DNA from: Macrostomum hystrix
Lineage: Eukaryota > Animalia > Platyhelminthes
DNA length: 64,000 nt
NCBI GenBank assembly: GCA_950097015.1
Contig: CATNEN010000038.1
Location: forward strand, 10,044,001-10,108,000
Direction of reading: 5' to 3'
Below the pieces are notes generated by a model. That model had not been told where the DNA came from. It was given only the letters and a program-made list of their open reading frames with translations, and did no database searches. The number at the start of each line of letters is the position of its first letter. Position 1 is the first letter of the stretch. Shown piece by piece: positions 12,346-24,789 of the stretch. A program made the position numbers and the translations under genes.

Positions 12346-13059
12346 CTATGTGGTTAATAAAATTAGTTTACCATCAGCAGCATGACATATGACTTTAGTC
12401 TACCGGTCATGAGTTCCAAATAGCCAATAATGATCTTATTTCTAACCAACAGAGTGCCACTAGGAGTACATTAAATATTTATCAAGAGTACACCAATGCA
12501 AGGCTTTGAAATATTTAGGTTCTTCATCTCAGCCAGCGAAATCTATAGTATTACTGTAGTTCCTGATCAATAGCAAATAGCATTGAGGTTCCTACTTATT
12601 GAGCTTGGAGATGCAGAGCTATAGAAAATTGCTGCCATTTTTATAATCATTTATACGTATTCATTTATATAATAATAAGCCTATATATGATCGCGAGGGC
12701 GAGTCTAAGGACCTCGCTGTTGAGACCAAGGGCGCGCGAGGAAAAAGAGCTGCAATTTAATTAACTCGATCCTCGCAAACGGCATTAAAATCATTTCCAC
12801 TAGTTTTCCCACGACTCAAAATTCGACGGATTTTCTACGAGGCTAGAAATGAAAACAAGCTATTGACCAGGAAGGAACCTCCGGATAATTTCGGCTTGCT
12901 CACGAACTCAATTATGATTAAAACAAATTTGCGTGGGCCATGTCAGATCCGAACTTGAAATATACTTTGCTTAACTCTTATTATTCAATTTTTATTCATC
13001 ACAAAACCAAAACACTTTTTTCCGAAAGACGAGATATTTGTTATACACTCGTATGTAGG

Positions 13060-14225
13060 CACAAGCATGAAGACAAGCTTGACACAAGCTTGAAGACACA
13101 AGCTTGACACAAGCATGAAGACAAGCTTGACACAAGCTTGAAGACACAAGCTTGAAGACACAAGCTTGACACAAGCTTGAAGACAATAATGTCTGTTGTG
13201 ACACAAGCTTGACACAAGCTTGAAGACAATAATGTCTGTTGTGACACAAGCTTGACACAAGCTTGAAGACAATAATGTCTGTTGTGACACAAGCTTGACA
13301 CAAGCTTGAAGACAATAATGTCTGTTGTGACACAAGCTTGACACAAGCTTGAAGACAATAATGTCTGTTGTGACACAAGCTTGACACAAGCTTGAAGACA
13401 ATAATGTCTGTTGTGACACAAGCTTGACACAAGCTTGAAGACAATTCGGACAGCTGTGACACAAGCTTGAAGACAATTCGGACAGCTGTGACACAAGCTT
13501 GAAGACAATTCGGACAGCTGTGACACAAGCTTGAAGACAATTCTGACAGCTGTGACACAAGCTTGAAGACAATGCTGACAGCTGTGACACAAGCTTGAAG
13601 ACAATGCTGACAGCTGTGACACAAGCTTGAAGACCACTCTGACAGCTGTGACACAAGCTTGAAGACAATGCTGACAGCTGTGACACAAACTTGAAGACAA
13701 TGCTGACAGCTGTGACACAAGCTTGAAGACCACTCTGACAGCTGTGACACAAGCTTGAAGATAATGCTGACAGCTGTGACACAAGCTTGAAGACAATTCT
13801 GACAGCTGTGACACAAGCTTGAAGACAATGCTGACAGCTGTGACACAAGCTTGAAGACAATGCTGACAGCTGTGACACAAGCTTGAAGACAAAGCTGACA
13901 GCTGTGACACAAGCTTGAAGACAATGCTGACAGCTGTGACACAAGCTTGAAGACAATGCTGACAGCTGTGACACAAGCTTGAAGACAATTCGGACAGCTG
14001 TGACACAAGCTTGAAGACAATGCTGACAGCTGTGACACAAGCTTGAAGACAATTCTGACAGCTGTGACACAAGCTTGAAGACAATTCGGACAGCTGTGAC
14101 ACAAGCTTGAAGACCATTCGGACAGCTGTGGCACAAGCTTGAAGACAATTCGGACAGTTGTGACACAAGCTTGAAGACCATTCGGACAGCTGTGACACAA
14201 GCTAGAAGACCACTCTGACAGCTGA
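13060..14225. repeat. Compound minisatellite: 11-bp gacacaagctt seed, then 43-bp, then 32-bp unit gacacaagcttgaagacaatgctgacagctgt
   Basis: Direct reading; unit length changes along the array. Confidence 0.95.
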
Positions 14226-17200
14226 GGCAGCGCTAAACAATAATTTGTTTCCATAATACAGCCTTCAAATTAAAATAATATTAAAAAGCCAACAAAACAA
14301 GTATTTAAAACGCCAATGGTAAAAACAATGATTTGCGTTTTCTAAAGGATTGCTACCTGGAAACCAGAATTTATTTATAAACTGTAATTAATCGTTTGGA
14401 GCAAAAGTTGTACAGGCGGAACTAAAGGGAGCGCAGGCGTTTAAGCAAAGCAATAAAAGAAATAAAAAGCTTCAAACTAAGGACAAGTTTGCATAAAAGT
14501 TCGCTTAACAGTTTTAATAACAGGCAACTAAAATTGTAATTCTTTTGTTTAACACAGAGATGGAGTAGAAATCGAAAGAGCAGACAAGAACAAAATAACC
14601 AGCACTAAAGCATTATATATAGATAATCTAGGCAACACACAAATTGCTGCTGCTAGGAGGAAGCAACGGTCAGCCGAAGCACTCTTAGTCTCTTGTTATT
14701 TGGTCCACTTGGCACTCGCTCTCTAGCCCAATAACAGCTAGGCTGCTCAAGAGAGCTTTCAGAGACGAGGATGCAATAGAGAAGCGTGGGAAAATAGCCT
14801 CACCATCCTCATCAGGCATCTCCCAATCGGCCCGGGCTAGGATCAGAACGGAACTGAACTCAAATTCTTCAAATCCCATTTCCCACTTAAGTAAAAGTAA
14901 AGCGGGCTCTCTGCTATCAGCAATGGCCTTCCGAACCATCTCACGTTCCTCAACTATTTCGTCTCTCTCTCCTAGGTTTATGCTTTACTCAGTCTGTAAG
15001 CCCTTCGCTTCTAATTTGGTTCTGGCATTTCCGAACTAGAGTAACAATTGTCGACCATGCAAGGCTAAAATATTCTCGTATTATTGCACATCAATTGCAA
15101 AACTCGGCAAATCATATTTCATATTTCAACAAACTGGTTTAGACAGAGATGATTAATAATACTCGCAAATTACTAAAACTCTTAAATCGGATAGAACAAA
15201 GTTGAAGGGGAAATGTGCGTTTAGAGTTTAATTTTTTCTTTTTTTTCGTAACAAAAATTTACTGAACTAAGTAATTTTCTAAACAATTGCTTACATAATT
15301 ATAATTATTTGCGAAAGCAGTAATAACCAGAGTTATAGCGTTACAAAAACGATTCTCGACATAACGATCTAGGAAAAAGATTAAAAAAACAGAGAGAATA
15401 GTAGAAAAAAGTAAAAAATTGACGCGCACAATGTAGACTACTATTTACCGTGAGTAGTAAATGCCGGGCATTAAATTTTGCCTACTATAATTATAGAAAC
15501 AGCGACTCATTGTGGACAGGAAAAGACTGATGCATTAAAAGTGTTAATCAGTCTAATTAGCCAACCATCTCATTAGAAAAAAAGATTCAGCACCAGAAAA
15601 AAATTATGAAAGGGGAAATGAAAAGTGCAGACAAACAATAGACTGCACAATTTCTAAAGCTGGTTAGTTGCATGTCAATCAAGGATATAAAACTTGTAGA
15701 AAAAACTAGTGAAAATAAAATGTAAAGCCTTGTGCGCGCGTGTCTGTGCAAATGTACTTTTATTTCATACACAAATCGGGCACAACAAATATCCTAGAAT
15801 AGAATAAATTTTCTAAAAAATGACACCGCAATATTGCAAAATATGCCGACTGTGTAAAGACGCATATTGACAATTACAAGGACATGCCTACTGTGCACTT
15901 TAATATGAATAAAAAACTAAACAGATTTGAAATCGTATATGTTTTTGTATTTTTTTTAATTTTTTTCTCGAACAATACTACTATGACAGTAGAAGACTGT
16001 AGTAAGCAGAGAAAAACAAGATATAAACACATCGGACAGAGAGCAGTCACCAGAGGCGCATGTCTTGGGACTTGATTTTTTCGCTTTCTTAGTTTGTGTA
16101 GAAACTGAAAAAATCACTTTGCAAAAAAGGTGTGCAACAGTGCCTGCTACTACTGCAAGTAGTGCTATAAGAAGAGCGGATTGGAACAAATAGGGAGATT
16201 TTTGTTTTTTAGGATGATTGAGGTTAGTAAAGCACATAAAAAGATAATAAATCTATTGTTTGTATAAAAGTAAGAAGCATTACAATTTGACAATTAAATA
16301 AAACAGAAAAAAACACAAAAAGTAAAATAAAAAACTTAAATTTACGCGCGTAAGGGAAGTAGGGCAGCATAAAAGCAGGTCCTGACCGACTAAGATGCAC
16401 TTTTGTAGGTCGTGTATATTGTTTTACCGATAATTACTCATAAATATTAAGTGTATAGGTATATATTTTACACCTGCGAATAATTTGAGCAAAGTGATCA
16501 ATTTAAGCAGAGTGGATTACATAAAAAATAAAATTGTAAAAATGTATTTTTAGCGCACTATAAGCGATCCTAGGCAGAAGATTCGTAAAGGAAACTGCCG
16601 AATCGGAATTCGATTTCACAACCCATGCGTCAACAGAACTCACATCTCCCAATGAATTATGATGTGAAGGCACAACTGCCCGGGCCCATAATGTGGAATA
16701 GAAAAAAACGATAGCACACAGCTAAAAATAAAGTTGAAATCGGAGACTACACTGAAATAGAGAATACTGGCTGTGAGTTAGGCCTTTTTAATAAAAGAAG
16801 AATAAAATGAAAAAATTTTGCTGGCACATACTACTAACATCAACTAAGGGACAGTAGACTAAGTGTGTGTGAGTGTATAAAAGGAGCAGGTAAAAAATGA
16901 CAAAGGAAGGAATATTAAGTTATTATCATTATAATTATTACTAATAGACATGTGTTGAGTGCACAGCTAGTATAAAACATTCTAGATTTAACAGCTTACA
17001 TTAAAGAGCGTGTTAGCATATATGTATAGATATAATAAGTATAGATAAAGCTCGCACAGCTGTTCTGGCTGAATATAATTTCAAAATAGACTGGATGAGG
17101 GAAAACACAAAAACCTGTAAAAACACAAAATTATCTGTTTATCACTCACTGTCGGATTAGCCAAAGAATGTGTATAAAAATTACATTTTAAGCACTTTTT

Positions 17201-19149
17201 TGTTTGAAATTAGTAAATAAAAAACGCAAGCACAAATAAAAGTAGAAGCAAATATAGAGATGAATGCACAATATAATTAAGCGGCAAACCATCTTAGATG
17301 TAAATATGTAAAGTCTATGTAGACACGAAGGAAACAGGACTGAGTAAATTGAAATCAAATCAGTTCACTAATGATACAATCGTTTTATTTTAGGCAAGCA
17401 TTTGCGGGACAGAAAAAAGACCAATTCAGCAAATTATTTTTTTTTTACTTTTTGTTATGTTTAACGTTAAATATGATTTATTAGTAGACTTGGATATAAA
17501 TCAGTTTTACTGCTTAGATTTGTGTAGATAGATAGCAGACAATTAGTGTGTACATTGTACACTGAGTGTGCACTGATTGAGCTCTGAGTGTGCTCAGTGT
17601 GTACATCTGCTAATAGCTGGCGTTAAGCCCCAAGGATTAGCTAAGCCACAAATTTTACAAAGCAGTAAAACGAATATTGTGTGTAAAAATGTAAATTGTA
17701 AAAACTGACAAATGTAATAATAAAGAGACAAATAAAGAAGGAAGTTGTGTGTTAGGGGCCTACCTACACTATCGGTGTAAAAAATCTAAATTTCATGATA
17801 AGCTTTCCGTACAAGGTATAATAAATAATAGATGCATATAATTTGTAAAGATACTGCTAGCTATATATTGCTATATTGGCTGCACTAATTTAGGCTACTG
17901 TTAATCCACTAGGGTTGATTTTACACATTAAATAGAACTAACTGACCAAATGAATAAAGCAAAATATATGTATAATAGAAGCACAAAGACAGTGGCCAAC
18001 AAAAAACTCCAAACAAAAGAGAACCTTAGTTAATTTCTTGATGATAAATAGTTTTTTTTCGAAGAACAACTCACGTTGCTATCGATTACAGAATCAAGAT
18101 TTCTAATGAATTTTTAAGGTAAAAAAGGAATGCAATTCAATGTCTGAATCTGATCATTAGGGCCTAGCTACTATAAGTGCAGACAAGAAATCCATAGGAC
18201 CCGTCATAAAAGTAACTATTCATAGAGATTTTGTATAGACATAAACAAAGCTTCTAATAGAAATAAAAAGACAATAAGGCCGATTTAGTGTTGATACTAG
18301 GTGAAAAAATAACTGATAAAAAGACAAAAAAACTAGGATTACAATTTGACCAGAGACCAGGAACAGGGCAAAACATCCCTATCGATTCAGATGTTTTTTT
18401 TGAAGGAAAAGAATTGCTTAATTGTAGAAACAATAATACTTTAGTAAATTAGCAATTCAACAAATCATGTAGAGATATATAAGTGTTATTCGCAAAGGAA
18501 GATCAAAATAGAAAATAAAAACAAGCAATTTTTGTACTTTTTTGTTGTTGCTAAAATGTAAGTCTAGAAACGGACAAAAATTAGGGTGCACAAAAAAGGG
18601 ATGAGGCAGCGGGGGCGCCAAATAGGTTTCGGGACTTGCTCATCTGTTCTACAGGTACACAAACGTACGGACACACAAAATAGTTTTGAATGTAAAAATA
18701 AAAAGCAGACAAGAAAAGAGACAGAGACATAAGTATAGACAGCTAGACAAGCAGCGAATATGACTGTTACATTGTCGAGCGCAATAAAAGAATGTAGAAA
18801 CAGTTTGTTTGGGAGAGAGTCGGCGTGGTAGGGCAAAAAACTGACATACAGAGAACAGAATTCTTGGCATCTTGAGTTGCACAAAGACGGTGTCTGCGAA
18901 TAGAAATAATTTTTTTATTTTTTTCTGTCCTAATATTTTTTCTCAATTGTAAACAATGTTGTAAACGAAATTAGATACACAAAAATAGCGAGAGGCGAGA
19001 CAGAATGAGACAAAACATTATTGGGATTGGGAAGCGAATATATATATTTTTGTCCATTTTTTCTAATTTAAATAGGCTTTTTAAAATGTCACAAAAAATT
19101 TGCCGCTGCTCGCTTCTCGATGTGTCGATCGCATTGTGTCCGTAGATGT

Positions 19150-19150
<1 letters not shown>

Positions 19151-19192
<42 letters not shown>
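19151..19192. repeat. (CAG)14 microsatellite; reads (CUG)14 in the mei-P26-like 3'UTR
   Basis: Perfect 42-bp run about 150 nt downstream of the stop codon. Confidence 0.95.
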
Positions 19193-19194
<2 letters not shown>

Positions 19195-19341
19195 CTGATT
19201 TTTATCATCTAAGAAATGAAATCCTAGATCTAAACGGGTTTCCATATGAATTTCACATTTGCACTTCAGCACTACATCCCACAGAAGGCTCAGCAGTGTT
19301 CTTTTTTAAACAAAAAGGACCGAGAGTAAAAGTTGAGCATC

Positions 19342-22300
19342 TTAGCTAATGTAGAGCGTGTTGAGCACCAGCACGTGATGATTATTCTTGGCTAGGGTCA
19401 CCACGTAGCCTTCGCTGGTGATCTTCAGGCCGCAGCAGCGGGACACTTTCACTGTCGGGCACTCGAACTCGGAGGTCAGCTGGCCGAGCCGGTTGAACAC
19501 GGCCACGTGGAATTTGTTGCCGTGCGAGTCGCCAACTAGAACATCGCCGTGGTCGCTAATATCAATGCCGTTAGGAAAGTTGGTGATGGACTCGGAGCCG
19601 ATGCGACGCAGAAAGGTGCCGTCCTCCTGGAATACACAGACGCAGTGGCCCTTGAAGTCGCAGATGAAGTACTCGTGACCGTGAATGGCAATGTCGGATG
19701 GCTCGCGCATATAGCTAGAACAGTCGAACCATTTCACTAATTCGCCGTTGTCGGCAATCACAAAAACAGTTGGAGACACGGAGTCCACGGCAACAATGTG
19801 CTGCTGACTGTTGATGGCTAGGCCGGCCACAATGTCAATGTAGCGCACTGTGATTTTGCGCAGGAAATTGCCAGACCGGCTGAAGATCTGCATTCGGCTG
19901 CGCTCGCTGCCCCGATCGCACACAATGAACTTGCCAGTCTGGCGCACTACTACAACCTTACGCGGATACCAAAGCTGGCCCTCCTCGCGACCGGGCACTC
20001 CAAACTGGAATTTGTGCTCGCCGGATTTCTCGAATACCTGCGATTAAAATTGGCGATGTGTGACAATCCAAATTGAGGATCTGGCAAGTGTGACAATCCA
20101 AATTGAGGATCTGGGAAGTGTGACAATCCAAATTGAGGATCTGGGAAGTGTGACAATCCAAATTGAGGATCTGGGAAGCGTGACAAGCTAAATTGAGGAT
20201 CTGGCAAGTGTGACTATCCAAATTGAGGATCTGGGAAGCGTGACAATCCAAATTGAGGATCTGGGAAGTGTGACAATCCAAATTGAGGATCTGGGAAGCG
20301 TGACAAGCTAAATTGAGGATCTGGGAAGCGTGACAAGCCAAATTGAGGATCTGGGAAGCGTGACAAGCTAAATTGAGGATCTGGGAAGTGTGACAATCCA
20401 AATTGAGGATCTGGGAAGCGTGACAATCTAAATTGAGGATCTGGGAAGTGTGACAAGCTAAATTGAGGATCTGGGAAGTGTGACAATCCAAATTGAGGAT
20501 CTAGGAAGCGTGACAAGCTAAATTGAGAATCTGGGAAGTGTGACAATCCAAATTGAGGATCTAGGAAGCGTGACAAGCTAAATTGAGAATCTGGGAAGTG
20601 TGACAATCCAAATTGAGGATCTGGGAAGTGTGACAATCCAATTTGAGGATTTGGGAAGCGTGACAAGTTAAATTGAGGATCTGGGAAGTGTGACAATCCA
20701 AATTGAGGATCTGGGAAGTGTGACAATCCAAATTGAGGATCTGGGAAGCGTGACAAGCTAAATTGAGGATCTGGGAAGTGTGACAATCCAAATTGAGGAT
20801 CTGGGAAGTGTGACAATCCAAATTGAGGATCTGGGAAGCGTGACAATCTAAATTGAGGATCTGGGAAGTGTGACAAGCTAAATTGAGGATCTGGGAAGTG
20901 TGACAATCCAAATTGAGGATCTGGGAAGTGTGACAATCCAAATTGAGGATCTGGGAAGTGTGACAATCCAAATTGAGGATCTGGGAAGTGTGACAATCCA
21001 AATTGAGGATCTGGCAAGTGTGACAAGCTAAATTGAGGATCTGGGAAGTGTGACAAGCTAAATTGAGGATCTGGGAAGTGTGACAATCCAAATTGAGGAT
21101 CTGGGAAGCGTGACAATCCAAATTGAGGATCTGGCAAGTGTGACTATCCAAATTGAGGATCTGGGAAGCGTGACAAGCTAAATTGAGGATCTGGGAAGCG
21201 TGACAAGCTAAATTGAGGATCTGGGAAGTGTCGGTGACGAATTCCTAAAATCGTAGGAATTAAGGAGACTAATAAAAGGTGTAAAATGCAAACAAAAAAC
21301 GCTTAAGCCGATTCAGCAATCTTTGAACTGAAATATTAGTAAACATACCTGAACTCGATGGTTCTGCGTGTCAGCTACAACAATCTCTTCGTCAACGCCC
21401 AGGCAGAAGCCGTGCGGTGAATTGAACTGACCGCGCGCAGAGCCCAGCGAGCCCCAGCGGTGGCGCACAGTCATAGAGCAGCATCGCCCGGTACGAATAG
21501 GGAAAATGCTGCCGCCACCACCCGAAGACTGCTGCGGACTGCCCAAACTGCCAGGCGCTCCGCCGCCACTGATGACACCGCCAGGGGCGCCGAAGTCCAA
21601 ACCGGCCGTCGGCGTGCCGGTTCGGCCAACTCCGGCGGCTGCCGCAGCGGACAGGGCCACAGGATCCGTGACCAGTTGAAGCTTGGCGGCCAGCACAGAG
21701 CTTAGCAACGGATCCGAGCCGTTGCTAAGGCCGCTATCCGAGCCAGGAGCGCCTGGACTAGGCTGAGATTGAGTAGGCGGTGGCAGGCCGTACAGAGCCG
21801 GGTTGCTATAGGCGGCGGCTGCAGCCGCGGCGGCAGCAGCGGCGGCAACAGCGCTGCTATGCAAACTCTGCGACGCGACAAGCGTTGGCTCGGATGAAAT
21901 CACGCCAGTGGCCGAAACCGAGGCGGCAATGGAAGTGGCCTGCAATCAGTAGCGACTCTAATGAACTGAACTAACTAGGGAAATGAACTACAGAGTGACT
22001 GGCGGACAGGGAAATGAACTACAGAGTGACTGGTGGACAGGGAAATGAACTACAGAGTGACTGGTGGACAGGGAAATGAACTACAGAGTGACTGGTGGAC
22101 AGGGAAATGAACTATAGAGTGACTGGCGGACAGGGAAATGAACTACAGAGTAACAGGCGGACAGGGAAATGAACTACAGAGTGATAGGCGGACAGGGAAA
22201 TGAACTACAGAGTAACAGGCGGACAGGGAAATGAACTACAGAGTGACTGGCGGACAGGGAAATGAACTACAGAGTGACTGGCGGACAGGGAAATGAACTA

Positions 22301-24789
22301 CAGAGTGACTGGCGGACAGGGAAATGAACTACAGAGTGATAGGCGGACAGGGAAATGAACTACAGAGTAACAGGCGGACAGGGAAATGAACTACAGAGTG
22401 ACTGGCGGACAGGGAAATGAACTACAGAGTGACTGGCGGACAGGGAAATGAACTACAGAGTGACTGGCGGACAGGGAAATGAACTACAGAGTGACTGGCG
22501 GACAGGGAAATGAACTACAGAGTGACTGGCGGACAGGGAAATGAACTACAGAGTGACTGGCGGACAGGGAAATGAACTACAGAGTGACTGGCGGACAGGG
22601 AAATGAACTACAGAGTGACTGGCGGACAGGGAAATGAACTACAGAGTGACAGGCGGACAGGGAAATGAACTAGAGTGACAGGCGGACAGGGAAATGAATT
22701 ACAGAGTGACAGGCGGACAAGGAAAGCAATAAAAAAACTGGTGCAAAAAATTACATGCAGCTCCACAGCAGTGGGTGTAGTGACTGAAACGGAGCCGCGC
22801 AGAATCGCTGAGGCGGCAGACAATCCCCCGACGCCAGTCTCGCCGGAACCGAAAGAGCCGAAATTGTTTATCACCATGGCCCGGAAGCTGGGATGATTAG
22901 CTGTGAACGGTACAGAAGTGGGTAGATTAGTGTCCCAATGTGCGCGCAGCAGGGTGGCGGACCAGTCGTGCAGTACTTTCGCGGCGTAGGCTAGCACAAT
23001 TGGCGTAGCCCGGTCAGTGTAGGCCTGGACAAAGCCGGCAGCTTCGGCCATCTGTTCGGCTCCCTTGGCCGTGTGCTCCATTAGTTCCATGGCTCGCATC
23101 TCCAGTTCGGAATGGACGCGTCGATTCTCTTCTAGAAAGCGTTCGCCGGCCTCGTCTAAGAAGGCTCGATAGCTGGCCAGGGCCTCTTTAATGGCGCCTT
23201 CGTTGTGCTGCCGACTGTCGGCGATCTCCGTTAGGCGCTCCTAAAATTATTTTGTTAAAGTTATTATTTGCTTCTGTCTACTGAAAGTAGAATGTGAGCA
23301 GAGTAGATTTTTAGCTTAACTAGTTCATTGCGGGTTGAAGGCTTTAAGTAGCTCACCTGCAACTTCTCCTGTTCGCGCTCCCATCGTCTGCGACTGTCGC
23401 GCAGAGATCGAGCGTCCTGAGCCAGCAGCGCCTGCAGTTCAACACCGGCTGTGGCAGCCTGATCAATGTTGTGCAGCTTGTGACCAGTTGCAACGCACTC
23501 CGGGCAGTGCAGACTAGCGCAGTCACGGCAATAGTATTTTAACTGGTCAGCCGGGTGCTCCTTTAGGATGAAAAAATATAAAGCTGCATATAGCAACAAG
23601 GACACAGTGTAGATGAAAAATTCGCAAATCTGAGGGACTGAAGGACAATACTGAAGCGGTCCTGAAGGATCATACTGATTACTGAAGCGAACCTTAAGGA
23701 TAATACTGAAGCAGTCCTGAAGGACCATACTGAAGCGGCCCCGAGAACCCTAATGTGTTTGATGGCACAAATACCACACCTGACAGTAGATGGGCTTATT
23801 CAGTGGGCCGCTATCAGCCTCTGGATCGGTGCCGGGCTGTTGCAGATCCTTAACATGATGGCGACTAAACATCTTCATAACAGAGTGAGCCTGACGACAG
23901 GTGCTACAAAGATAGTCGGCACACTCGCGACACTTGGCAACAGCCTCCGCGCCGGTGGTGCAGCCGCCGCAGGTCACCTCAGCCATCTTGGAGCCCTGCA
24001 GCTCCTGGTGCAATGGGGAAATGATTGGAATGATTAGCAATTCTATTTCCAGGATTATGTTTATATATATTCATATACAATGTAAATTGAAATAAATATT
24101 AGTTTACCTGCAAATACAGATGATCCCGAGTGAGGCCTGCCAGTCCAGTCTCCGGATTGAGCACAGTTGGAGTCTGGCAGCGCGGACAGATCAGTAGGAA
24201 GCCGCCTGCTTGAGCAGCCTGGGCAGCTTCTAGGCAGGGCAGATCGAACCGATGCAGGCAGGCCAGGATGACAGGCTCACTGAGCTGGCGCTGGCACAGA
24301 GAGCAGTCGGAATTCGGGCCACCAAGTATTACATCGGCACCGGAGGTCCCGCCATTGCCGATTCCACTGATGCTACCGACACCACCAGTTGTGCTGCTGC
24401 CAACGTGGCCGTTGGCGCCGCCTTTGTCGCCGCTTCCGCCAAGATCATCATCGGCGTCGCTACCGAAGGTCTCGCGCAGAAGATCCTATTGAACAAGTAA
24501 AAGGGAACTCTTACATTATCAGTATTTACAATAACAAAGACTATCCGCCTGTAAAAGAGGCACAAATATGTAAATAAACAAAACGAACCTGATCATCCTC
24601 TCCTTCTTCTCCGCACTCCAATTCGTTTTCTAAAGCATCACCAGCTGACTGCAGATCGTCAGCAGCGCAAGCGATGCCCAAGCCACCATTTCTGTCCTCA
24701 TTATCAGAAGCTCCATTCATCATCATCAGCAGAGAGACTTCACGGTCCTCCAGCAAATCTTCAACTGCATGAGCCATATCATCAGCCAT
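19342..24789 (-). CDS. mei-P26: TRIM-NHL RNA-binding protein, Mei-P26/NHL-2 class (RING, B-box1, B-box2, coiled coil, NHL propeller), ~926 aa
   Basis: Exons 24789-24589, 24485-24108, 24004-23780, 23560-23357, 23240-22755, 21939-21349, 20037-19342; all GT-AG and phase 0. The NHL reads [90 protein letters not shown], which is the Mei-P26-type rather than Brat-type NHL. The RING lies in exon 2, which is absent from the ORF track. Confidence 0.9.
20058..21231. repeat. Intronic minisatellite, 30-bp unit tgacaatccaaattgaggatctgggaagtg (~39 copies)
   Basis: Fills intron 6 (20038-21348) of the mei-P26-like gene. Confidence 0.95.
21975..22720. repeat. Intronic minisatellite, 31-bp unit cagggaaatgaactacagagtgactggcgga (~24 copies)
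   Basis: Fills intron 5 (21940-22754). Confidence 0.95.
23635..23740. repeat. Short degenerate intronic repeat (tactgaagcggtcctgaagga-like, ~5 copies)
   Basis: Within intron 3 (23561-23779). Confidence 0.7.

Noticed and set aside
12985-14254. Three overlapping ~400-aa ORFs
   Set aside because: Stop-free translation of a 32-bp tandem repeat; the same peptide cycles through all three frames.
14685-14939. 84-aa minus-strand ORF (MVRKAIADSREP...)
   Set aside because: No recognisable motif or convincing splice sites; possibly a repeat remnant.
20214-21151. 307-aa [10 protein letters not shown] repeat ORF on the gene strand
   Set aside because: Lies in intron 6. Flanking exons join in frame to give a continuous NHL blade (NHRVQ|VFEKSG).
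19342-21500. Assignment as brat
   Set aside because: NHL motifs ([28 protein letters not shown]) are Mei-P26-type, and a RING is present, which Brat lacks.
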